Shown: one piece after another, positions 25,948 through 36,071 of the stretch
How the letters are laid out: each line of letters starts with the position of its first letter
Position numbering within the stretch: the stretch's first letter is position 1
Origin: Dendrobates tinctorius
Taxonomy: Eukaryota
Assembly (NCBI RefSeq): GCF_039654945.1
Contig: NW_027361688.1
Coordinates: 17,298,001-17,362,000 of the forward strand
DNA: 64,000 nt
Reading direction: 5' to 3'
Program-made: the position numbers and the translations under genes
The notes under the pieces: model-generated
Database searches by the model: none
What the model was told of the DNA's origin: nothing
What the model saw: only the letters and a program-made list of their open reading frames with translations

Positions 25948-26918
25948 TGTTAGGGACGGCGGAACGCACTAAATATTAAATAATGGAAAGTGCGTTCGCC
26001 GCCCGGGGTCCACCGTGTAGAGGTGTTAAACTGCTGCTATATAATGGCAGATGCACAAGATGGCGGTATATCGCACACGGGTTGAACGTCACCCGGCGTG
26101 CACTGAGCATACTCTGTTAGCTTCACAGAGGCGCTTAAAGCATAAACATATATGCTGAGTTTGTTGGACTCACAGGTCTCAGAGAAATGCACGCACGGTA
26201 TATGGTCACAGGAGCTGGGCCCAAGGCAGAGGGTCAGAGTCCGTCTAGACCTACCATGCGTGCGGCGTCACAACTGCGGACGCCAAGAGGAGCTGCAGAC
26301 TGCAGCGCGGTGACAGACACTGCCGGTATTCGAGAATGCCCGGTAGCAGGCGCACTGGCGGATGCTAGCACTGTGGAGGATGCTTATTGTGGCCTGTAGC
26401 TTGTCACTGGCTGGCGCTGACTCTAAACCTAAGTCCCTATCCACACACGTAATATCAGAGGGAGGGGATCTTAATGAGTCATTCTCAGGTTCATGCATCC
26501 ATCATCATTCACACAGTTAGCAACTAGAGTCTATACTAGCGCATGGCCGAGCGGCCATGTGAACCTTTTATAGCCGGGACCTTCCGGAAGCTTCCAGATC
26601 CCTGAGATGGACCAATCAGATCTGGAGAAGGACCTGGGCATGTGACTCCGGATCTCCAATGGGAGATCGTCTCATGAGCATGCCCAGTAGAGCGACGGAG
26701 GGACAGCCTCTGGATTGATTTTCTGCTGAGCAGCCTGCATTGCTATTGCTGGCCCAAAGGTGGCAGCAACAGCCAGACCCACAGAGCAGGTCTGGGCAGA
26801 GCATCTGGAATGACGGGGCTACTGAGCAATCTCCTCTGCGGTCGATAGAGAATGGGAGACCGCAGAATGTGAGGCTCTGGATTCCTGCTGTGCCGCTGCA
26901 GGAACCTGACGCCTAATA
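25948..26918 (-). mobile_element. Solo LTR of family A, about 970 bp, 1.4 kb upstream of the putative PARP11 promoter and pointing away from it
   Basis: TGTTAGG...CCTAATA termini. Flanks atac/atat. Reverse-complement match to 16740-20218. Confidence 0.8.
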
Positions 26919-27448
26919 ATATACTGTATGCAAGGCTCCTGTGTATAATGTCACCAGTGATCCCTGTATTACCTGTAGACTATACACTATGTACAGAGCT
27001 CTTGTGTATAATGTCACTGGTGATGATATTAGTATTGTGGTTTTTACTATTAATGATCAATATTGTAGTATTTGGTCACTATGTGGTGGTAATATATGGT
27101 CTGGTCACAGTGTGGTGGTATTTATCCCTTGTATATTGTATTACTCAGTCACTATGTGGTGGTATTTTGTGGTCTGGTCATGGTGTGGTGCTATTTGTCC
27201 CTTGTACAGAATGTGGTAATATTCAGTCACTGGAGCCATTGGCAACTATGTAATGTATCGCTACAAGTTCAGAATTCGGACAAGGTGGCATCAGTTTTTC
27301 TTGGACATGGAGGGAAAAAAAAGTTTCCTTACTTTCTACATTCAGCCTCATTTACACATCAGTATTTCAATGCTGAATCCCAGGAGTGTCTCCAAAACAA
27401 AAAAACAGGTGTCAATCTTTCAATTACAGTTATTCTCTGTAAATTTAA

Positions 27449-27845
27449 AGCCCCCGTTAAACACTGCGATATCGCTAGCAATATCGCTGTAAAGTCACCG
27501 ATTTTGTGACGTAGCAGCGATATTGCTAGCGATATCGCTACATGTGATACTTACCTCCGACTGGCTCCCCCGCTGGTTATCGCTGGTCGTGCGAGAAGGT
27601 CCTGGACCATTTCTCGTCGGGCGCTTCCTGCGGCGCTTCCTGCTGTGACGATGAGCGATGCGTGTACGCGGGCGGGAGGACGTCAGGATCGCCGCGTCTG
27701 ACAGGTAAGTAGCGACCCCCGACCCCTGCGATGTCACTGGTGAGATCTGCCTGTGTGGCAGCTCGCTAGCGACCACTTAGCGATGCACCAGCGATCCATA
27801 TCGTTGTCGGGATCGCTGGTGCATCGCTATGTGTAACGGTACCCT
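27449..27845. mobile_element. Harbinger-like MITE (GCGATATCGCT repeats), related to 20780-21433
   Basis: Imperfect TIRs and shared internal motifs (TTTTGTGACGTA.CAGCGAT; GTCGGGATCGCTGGTG). Confidence 0.65.
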
Positions 27846-28205
27846 AACTCCTGGCTTTGGCATAGAAACACTGATGCAAATATACTGACGTGTGAATGAG
27901 GCTTTAATCCGAAATTGGACACGTCTCGGTCCGAGAAAAAAATTGGACATGTGTGTGAATGTGACCTTAGGGAAGCACATTCTATACCATAAAAGATAAA
28001 GTAAAATCAATAGGTGCGATAATTATAACAAGTCCTCGTAAATATGGAAATAATACTCCATCATATCTACTATCACAAGGACATGGTGACTTTCCATCAA
28101 TGCTCAGTTCAGATCTGTGATTTAAATAAAAAAAAAGGCTAAAGACTTGACAGCAAGTTTCATAAAAAAAAAAAAAAAAAAAAAAAAAAGGAACATGGCT
28201 CCTTT

Positions 28206-28289
28206 AAACTGAAAGCTTCCTCCCTGCAGTGATACATTGTATCACGTCACGTTCCATTCGCCCCGCCCACTTCGAATGTTTCATTTCCC
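28206..28289 (+). promoter_or_regulatory. Putative PARP11 proximal promoter: IRF-E-like AAACTGAAAG (28206-28215), CRE-like TCACGTCA (28242-28249), GC box CCCCGCCC (28261-28268), ISRE/EICE-like TGTTTCATTTCCC (28277-28289)
   Basis: Motifs read directly from the sequence, clustered within about 130 bp upstream of the first donor site. Confidence 0.55.
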
Positions 28290-28333
28290 AGACAGCTGAG
28301 CTGCTGAGACCAGGAAGCGAATGCAGAGAACAG
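28290..28333 (+). other. PARP11: Probable PARP11 exon 1 (5' UTR with an upstream ATG at 28321). The TSS position is approximate.
   Basis: Consensus donor CAG|GTAAGT at 28333/28334, immediately after a GC-box/CRE/ISRE-like cluster and upstream of the coding exons on the same strand. A second donor GAG|GTAAGG lies at 28485/28486. Confidence 0.65.
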
Positions 28334-29214
28334 GTAAGTGCAGGGGGGAAGAGGGGCTGTCAGGGTGACAGAGGGGCCCAGAAATACTGCAGGGATCATC
28401 CTGTGGCCCTGGCACCCTGGATACAGCTGGAGCTGGGCTTCTGGGTACAGAGCAGCTGTTATGTGGTCAGTGTAAACATCTGGAGGTAAGGGGGACAGTG
28501 CTTCTGTCTGGGGGGGCGGTAGATGTATAGGTATTGGGATTATACAGAAAGCCCTAAATATTGTCATGTTTTGCATAGTCTGGGAATGCTGAATCACACA
28601 CACAGCGTTACAATAGAGGTGATCACCCAGCTTTCCCAGACTTTAAATGCGCACTATGGGGCTGTGGGTTTGCAGATTTTTCAAATAAGAGGCTGTGCAC
28701 ACAGGGTCTTTTTCCAGGTGGGCTAACTGCCACTGAGGACATTTCGGGAAGTGCCGGCGTATTTTTTTTTTTCTTGATCATTTGCCGAGCGCCTTTTCGA
28801 TGTTTCAAACCACCGGCGGTTTTCTGTAGAGTTTTTCAAGCACTTTGGGGTGTCTTTTTTTTACTTCGTTTTTCCTTTCCTTTTTTTTTTTTTTTTTTAA
28901 ACTATTCAAAAGTGAACAAAGTGCCAGTAGTTTTTATATAATATAAAATGTGCCAAAACGCTAGAAAAGACGCCTGCGCAGCTTTTGAGCCTTTCCGTTG
29001 ACTTTAGCGGAAAATTTCTGAAAAATGGTCAGCTCCATTGTTATAACCATTTGGCTTTTTTAGAAACCTGAAGAGGTTAAAAGACGCTCCATAGACTCAA
29101 CATATTCACAGCAAGATATATATATGTACACGTTCATTCTTTTGAAGGTTTAGGTAGTTTTTGGAGCCGAATCCACCTGAAAATGATCTCCTGTGCACAT
29201 GCCCCAAGAGTTAA

Positions 29215-29552
29215 AGGGGTTGTCCGGTCTCAAGCTACAAGTCTGCAGTCACTCTGTGCGACTGCAGACTTGTGAATCCTCACATCGTGCGCTGTAAGGT
29301 TTTCTGGCGGTCTTGTAACTGCAAGTATGCAATATGCGTTCTCTCTGCCACATTCTCACTTGATGGGCGCAGCCTTGCTCAATGCAAGTGGAGTTAGCGA
29401 GGCCAAGAGCAGTTTAGTCATAATGTGACCGGGAGTAGGCAGATCGCATACTTGCTGTTACCTTATCGGAGAATCTGCGCAGTGTGAGGATTCACAAGTC
29501 TGCAGTGACATAACGTGGCTGCAGATTTGCAGCTTAAGACTGGAAAACCCCT
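29215..29552. mobile_element. Kolobok/T2-type MITE (TTAA|AGGGGTTGTCC...GGAAAACCCCT|TTA)
   Basis: Long imperfect TIRs and a TTAA target. Confidence 0.8.
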
Positions 29553-29555
29553 TTA

Positions 29556-29855
29556 GGCTATGTGCACACGTACTTTTGAGAGCTGCGGATTTGTCCCCGC
29601 GGATTTGTAAAAAAAACGCAGGTCAAAAGTCCTGCGGTTTAGCCCTGCGGTTTCACACCTCATAATGGATAAGGTGTGAAACTGCAGCGGATCCCGCACA
29701 AAGAATTGACATGCTGTGGATTGTAACCCGCAGCATGTGCACAGTGTCACCATTGAAAACAATGGTACTGTACAACGCAGCAGAAATTGCTGCGGACCCG
29801 CAGGGCCAGAAACGCTGCGGATCCGCAGCAGAATCCGCAGCGTGTGCACATACCC
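29556..29855. mobile_element. Harbinger-like MITE inserted at the TTA(A) target of the preceding MITE
   Basis: GGCTATGTGCACACG / CGTGTGCACATACCC with TTA TSD. Confidence 0.8.
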
Positions 29856-31033
29856 TTACAGCAATCTGAAAGTTTGATGGGAGCCGTAGTGTGCCACTTA
29901 GGCTCTTGTGTAAATTGAGCGTTAGTGAGCATGTGTGACTATTGCTCCATTCATGCAGGGGACTTTGGGCCCCCCCCCCCCTGTTTTCAGGACCGGTGAG
30001 GGTCTAAGCAGCTGCGTCCCGACTGTAATCATACATTTTATCATCTACCCTTTGGATCGGTGATAGAGATTGCTTGTGACAAGGAGTTGTACATTTATGA
30101 TATATAGATGACCTGTCCTCTGGTTGCCAGGGCAGATGATGATTGGGGTGCAGGTTCTTGATTTTGACATTTTTAAAGGGGTTCTGTAGGACTTTTTTTT
30201 TTGTTGTTGTTGCTAATAGTGCCAACTATCTGCCTGTTCTACCCAACGCCAGCTCAGTAGTCACGGACCGCTCCTGCCGGCGATTCAGCTGCTCTACAGA
30301 ACAGCTCTTCTTCTTCCATGCTGCTCTGTCGACGGGGCGTGACTGCCAATGTCATGCTGATTGACAGCCTTATATCAATCACATGACTTTGAGTCACACC
30401 TTGTCAACAGAGTAGAGCGGAAGAGAAGATGGCAATTCAGCTGCTCCCGCTGACATCTCGGCAGACGTTTGACCTCTGTGTGCCGGCTGAAATCAGCGCT
30501 GGGCACAACAGGCAGGTAGATGGCAACTGCCTGTTAGTTAAAAAAATTAAACAATCCTGACTAACCCCTTCACCAAATTTCTCATGTTGATCTAGATACA
30601 CCATATAAACGGAGGCCGCAGAGGAAAATTTCGCCTCTCCGTTGCGGAGATATCAAATCTTTGGCACCTAATGAGTTAAGTCCAAGTGGGTGTCATTAGA
30701 TAATTTTCCCAGGGGTGCGAACTTCTGCTCCCTTTTGAGGCTGACCAATCATGAGCAGGCAGCAACATAGAAGTGCAGAAGGACCGGTGATGATGTCACC
30801 AAAATCGCATGACCCGAGTCCACAGGTCCTGCCAGCCGGAGTGTGCAGCCAAAATAAGCACTGGAGATACATTACGCAGCAGTGGGGAGCTATTCAGTCC
30901 AGTTAGGCAACATTTTGGGTGAACTAATTAACCCTTTATGGGACGGTATAGAAAGCAGCTATTCTGCCATTGTTTTTTTTGCGCGGTGATGTGTGAATAA
31001 TATGTGTAATATTCCTCAATCTCTTCGTCCTAG

Positions 31034-31148
31034 GCCACTATTCTTCCATCTTAATGGCTGTGATCAGAACGTCCTGGAGTTGTCCTACAGAAGAAGACAT
31101 AAGTAAACCGGAAGAGTTTTGATTGTCAAAGTATTAAGCAAAGAGATG
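31034..31148 (+). other. PARP11: Candidate PARP11 5' exon 2, ending in an ATG that would be in frame with the exon at 35940
   Basis: Pyrimidine-rich acceptor ctcttcgtcctag|G and donor ATG|gtgaat, in non-repetitive sequence. There is an in-frame TAA upstream at 31104. Confidence 0.45.
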
Positions 31149-31539
31149 GTGAATATTTGACTTTATTATGTACAGAATGCCTAAAAGTCATCTAAAGTAT
31201 ACTTAACAGTAAAAAATGGCCATTAAAGGGGTTGTCCTGTGAAGACGACCTCTTTTTGTCGAGACGATCGTCCGGCCATCATCTGATTATTGTGCGTTTG
31301 ACTTCAGTGATTAATAGTTGTCCTCCAAGAAGACAGAGGAAATATAGCCCCAATTTATGACATCAATATTCTTTATTAGGGCAGGCAAAGAACATTAAGT
31401 GGCTCTCGCACTGTGCAGTAGCCGTCACTATGATGCAGAGACGAGAGTCAATTGAAAGGGCATTTTTTGGAGGACTCAACTTGCCCATTTTTTACATGCT
31501 CATAGGGGTCATGCAATACAACATTTCTCCATGGTGGGA

Positions 31540-34500
31540 GTGGTGAAGACCCTGTCATATGGGACTGTTGGGAAGAGACTTGCCCCTGTTCTGGTCCCTG
31601 TGGGAAACCAGGTTTAACCCTCCCAGGGTAAATGTTATTCTGGGCGTGGAACCCAAAGATCCTGAGTCAGGGATACCTGCTGTAGGGGTCGCCAACCTTG
31701 GGACACAGTGTAGCCCTGATAGGTTTCCCCTAGAGGTATTGGCAGGATAGGTCGAGGAGACCCCACCGATCCCCAAGCTGGAAGTGTCCCCTGGTACGTT
31801 TGGGACAGCTCAGCTCCATGATCCCACTCTGACTCTGGCACGGGAATGAGTATTTGAGGTAAATGGGGTGGCTTAGCAACCGGGTGCGGAAACGGTGTTC
31901 CCACATACGACGATCAACCAGGAGTTATTATACAGGGTTGATAAAATCCGGGATGAGGTGGTAGTACAGCTGGTTGTGCCCCATTACAACTGGGCAGTGC
32001 TCGAATTGGCTCACACCCATATGCTAGGAGGGCATTTGGGAGCCAAAAAGATGCAGGAGTGCATACTGCAGCAGTTTTTCTGGCCAGGTGTCTACTCTGA
32101 GGTCCAGAGGTACTGTGATATGTGTCTGGAGTGCCAACTAACTTCACCCACCGCGAACTACCAGAGTCCATTGGTGCCTTTGCCCTTTATAGAGGTACCT
32201 TTTGAGCGGATTGCGATGGATCTGGTAGGGCCAATAGTAAAATCCACCCAGGGCAACAAACACATACTAGTGGTTGTAGACTACGCCATCCGGTACCCGA
32301 GGCCATTCCGCTTTGGCGCACCTCAGCTAAGCTTACCGCCCGGGAGTTGTTTGCCATGTTCTGTCACCTTGGACTACCGAAGGCGATCCTCACTGATCAG
32401 GGGACTCCTTTCATGTCCAAGGAGACGAAGGAACTGCGCAGGCTCCATAAGATAAATAAAGCAGTTGCGCGCGTCGGTGTACCACCCCCAGACTGACGGG
32501 TTAGTGGAGCGCTTTAACAAAACCCTCAAGTCCGCTTAATTGTAAAGTGCTGCGGAATATGTTGGCGCTATATAAATAAAAATTATTATTATTATTATTA
32601 TTAAGTCCATGCTTAAAAAGGTGGTTTCCAAGGACAGGAGGAATTGGGACATGTTATTGCACTATTTAATGTTTGCTATCCGCAAGGTGCCACAGGCATC
32701 CACGGGATTTTCACCCTTTGAGCTACTGTATGGCAGGCATCCTAGGGGTCTGCTGGACGTAGCCAAAGAGACATGGGAGCAGGAACCTATGCCACATAAG
32801 AGTATCATTGATCACGTGGCCAATATGCATGACTGAAATGCAGCTTTCAAGCCTATAGTAAAAGAGCATTTGGTGGATGCTCGGGCAGCGCAGGACTGCG
32901 TATATAACAAAAAGGCCACTGTCCGCTCCTTTAAAGTAGGAGATAGGGTGTCTGTTTTGGTGCCCACCACCTAAAGCAAACTAATGTCCAAGTGGCAAGG
33001 GCCATATGAAGTTTAGGGAAAAGTGGGGGAAGTAAACTACAGAGTTTACCAGCCTGGGAAAAGTAAACCCAAATAGTTGTATCACGTCAATCTGTTGAAA
33101 GCGTGAAAGAACCCATAGTATATCCTTACGGAAGGGACTCCAGATATCTCAACTGGGGGCCCTTCAATATTGGCCTGCACAGGGTCTGAGAGAGAGGTAA
33201 AGGTAGGAGACACCCTCTCGACATAGCAGCGGCTAGAGGAGTGGAAATTAGTACAAGAGAATACGGATGTATTCTCGGAACTACCCGGTCTTACCTCTGT
33301 CTTCCAGCAAGACATTGTCACCGAGCCTCACGTAAGGGTGCGAATTAAACCATACCGGGTGCCCGAGGTCCCGAAACAAAAAATTGCGAGTGAGGTAAAA
33401 TAAATGCTTCAGCTGGGAGTAATTGAGGAGTCCTGGAGTGAATGGGCTAGTCCTATTGTACTGATCCCGAAGCTGGACGGGCCCTTATGGTAATGATTAC
33501 GGTAAGGATTTCCGTAAGTTGAACGAAGTGTCGAAATTTGACCTTTATCCAATGCCCTGGGTGGATGAGCTGATCGAGCGACTGGGTCAGGCCCAGTACT
33601 TCACCATGCTCGATCTGACCAAGGGTTATTGGCTGGTGCCCCTTACGGAGTCGGCAAGTGAAAAGGCCTCCTTCATAACTCTGGAGGGTATGTATCACGA
33701 TGTCATCTCTCCCTTTGGCCTGCATGGGGTCCCAGCCACGTTCCAGAGGCTGATGGACCCGTAGAAGCACTTTTTTTGCGCGAAACAGCCATCGTCCAGT
33801 GCGGCTCCTCTGGGGGCTCCCCTGCTTTGTTTTTTTTTTTGTAAACCACAATAATGAACATTGAGTGGGACGATGAGTGCTTTGCTTCTTCTTATACATT
33901 GGATTTGGACATATCCTTGGTCTTTTCATTAACCTCGTCACCCGTAAGTCCCTGGAGTCGGAGCTGTCTAATTATCCCGGAATAGTGCAGTTGTGCCGGT
34001 CACCTGTGCCTTCTTGCAGCATTTTTTAGTACTGACTTGCATACCCACTTGTCCAAGGTGCAACGGTAGTAGATTCACTCAGAGCCGCAGGCTTGAAGGC
34101 GAATCCCAAGAAATGTCTGATGGGGCTCGAGGAAGCGCGGTACTTGGGATACGTGATCGGCCGTGGGGATATCAAACCCCAAATTAATAAAATTGAGGCC
34201 ATTCAGTATTGGCCCCAACCTGTCACCACCAAACAGGTGAGAGGAAACAGGTGAGAGCATTTCTCAGAATCATCGGGTATTACCGAAGATTTATTCCTAA
34301 ATTTTTAGGGAGAACAACACCCCTAACAGATCTCGGTCATATTCAATGACACCCCCAGGCGTACCAATCCATGAAGTTGGTGCTGTGCGGACAGCTCGTC
34401 CTCATTAGTTCCAACTTCCAGAAATGCTTCATCGTGCCGTCAGATGGTTCTAACGTGGGCGTAGGAGCGGTCCTGTCTCAGGAGGTGAACGGAAAGGAAC

Positions 34501-35432
34501 ATCCAGTCACCTACCTAAGTAGCAAATTCACTCCGGCCGAGAAAAACTATAGCGTAGTGGAGAAGTGCCTCGCCATTAAGTGGGCATTGGAGTCCCTACG
34601 TTATTATTTACTCGGTCGACCGTTTCGTTTGGTGACCGATCATTCACCCTTGGTCTGGATGAAAAATGCCAAGGAGAGGAATGCTCAGGTCAACAGATGG
34701 TTTCTCTCTCTCTCTGCGGAACTTTAACTTGACCGTGAAATATCGGGTGGGAAAGTCACAGGGAAATGTGGATGCACTGTCACAGGCCCCCTGTATGGTA
34801 ACAAATGTTCAACTCCACAAGTTTGAACAGAGGGGGGGGGGGGGTTATGTGAGAAGGATCATATGCGTGGGTCGATATGTATCCCCCAGGATGTGGATGG
34901 AGTCCTATTAGACCCGCTGGAGTACCTTGTGTCCACAGCAGTACGCCTGTGAGTCACAAGGCAAAATAGAAGTAAGTGTGGACGTGGTCAAGCTATTTGG
35001 CCAAGGCAGTATTGAGGAAAACCCATTAAAGGCTTTTATTTTTGGAGTGAACTACAAGATGGTAGTGGGGAAGTTCACTCATCTCGGACTGGGTCTTACA
35101 AGTGGCCCATGGCCACAGATTCCGGTTGAAAACCCTGCAGTAAAGTGTTTTGGGTGTCTTAGTTTGCAAGTAGCAGAGCAGGTGGCTCTGCAGCGTCCAG
35201 CCGTCGTGATGTAACACAGAACCAAGAGCAGCGAACGCTTGGCACTCCGTAGCATGATACGGTGGTGCAGTCGCCCTCGGCAACCATAATTGTTGTGATG
35301 CCGCGGCTGTGATCCAGAGGACACCGTGTGCTGTTCATAGTGTTAGTTGTTTTGGACATTAAACACATTTGCTGTGAACTTTCCTGTGGTCGCTGCCTAC
35401 CTGTCACATTGCACCAACCCCGCTGCACTACA
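31540..35432 (+). mobile_element. Decayed Gmr1-type Gypsy LTR retrotransposon (integrase, RT, RNase H, PPT, 3' LTR 34848-35432); 5' LTR and gag missing
   Basis: IN Zn finger (AHTHMLGGHLG...CDMCLECQ) and core (FERIAMDLVGP, TDQGTPF, HPQTDGLVERFNKTLK, GFSPFELLYGR) come first. RT motifs (KFDLYPMPWVDELIERLG, LDLTKGYW, PFGLHGVPATFQRLMD) follow, then RNase H (SDGSNVGVGAVLSQ, EKNYSVVEKCLAIKWA, LVTDHSPL). G-run PPT at 34830-34844 precedes TGTGAG. Many stops and frameshifts. Confidence 0.92.
32534..32602 (+). mobile_element. Very short L2-type 3' tail insertion with (ATT)n tail and 6-bp TSD AAGTCC, inside the integrase
   Basis: TGTAAAGTGCTGCGGAATATGTTGGCGCTATATAAATAAA followed by (ATT)n. TSD at 32528-32533 and 32603-32608. 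The integrase reading continues across it (KTLKS/MLKKVV). Confidence 0.8.
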
Positions 35433-35434
35433 GG

Positions 35435-35720
35435 CCCTAAGGGAGAATTAATACGTATGCGCGATCACCTCCCCCTTCACTACTATGGGACAGTTAGTGC
35501 ACATGCGTGATCACCTTGCTATTCATTTCTATGGACCTATGGGAGACTTGGTACGTATGTGCGACCCCCTTTCTTGTCACTTGTATTGGCCAATGGGAGA
35601 GTTAGTGCGCATGCTCGGACACCTCCCTGTTCACTCCTCTGGGTCAGTTAGTGAGTACATACAACTGCCTCTCTACTCACTTCTATGGGCCTACGGGAGA
35701 GTTTGTGCGCATGTGTGATC
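35435..35720. repeat. Degenerate tandem repeat, about 50-bp unit (GGGAGAGTTAGTGCGCATGCGCGATCACCTCCC...)
   Basis: Five to six similar units. Confidence 0.7.
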
Positions 35721-35939
35721 ACAACTTGCGAAAATAAGATGGGCGAGGTGGTCAGTCGTGCGCACTACCGCTCCATTCATGCGCGGGCACCCGGCAGACC
35801 AACTCATTCATATTTACCTATACTCTGCATAGACAATAAATATTGATGGTGGGATAACCCCTTTAAATATTATTCCTAATTCATATTTTGGCTGCCATTA
35901 ATAATAATGCTGTACAATTATTTCTAGTCTATGTTTCAG

Positions 35940-36071
35940 GTTGAATGTTTCCAACAAGCACCAAAAATGGGGGCAACGGTAGACGTCAATGTTCCCGAGG
36001 ACATGGACGACTCGGAGACACAGTGGGGCTGGTTCTACCTGGCCGAATGTGGTAAATGGCATATGTTTGAG
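35940..36071 (+). CDS. PARP11: PARP11 first main coding exon (N-terminus and start of WWE)
   Basis: tttcag|GTT acceptor and GAG|gtaggg donor. Encodes DMDDSETQWGWFYLAECGKWHMFE. ATG at 35967 is in a strong Kozak context (AAAATGG). Confidence 0.93.

Noticed and set aside
31895-32455. Integrase ORF as a domesticated gene (GIN/SCAND-like)
   Set aside because: Frameshifted before the DDE core is complete, interrupted by an L2 tail, and embedded in a decayed provirus.
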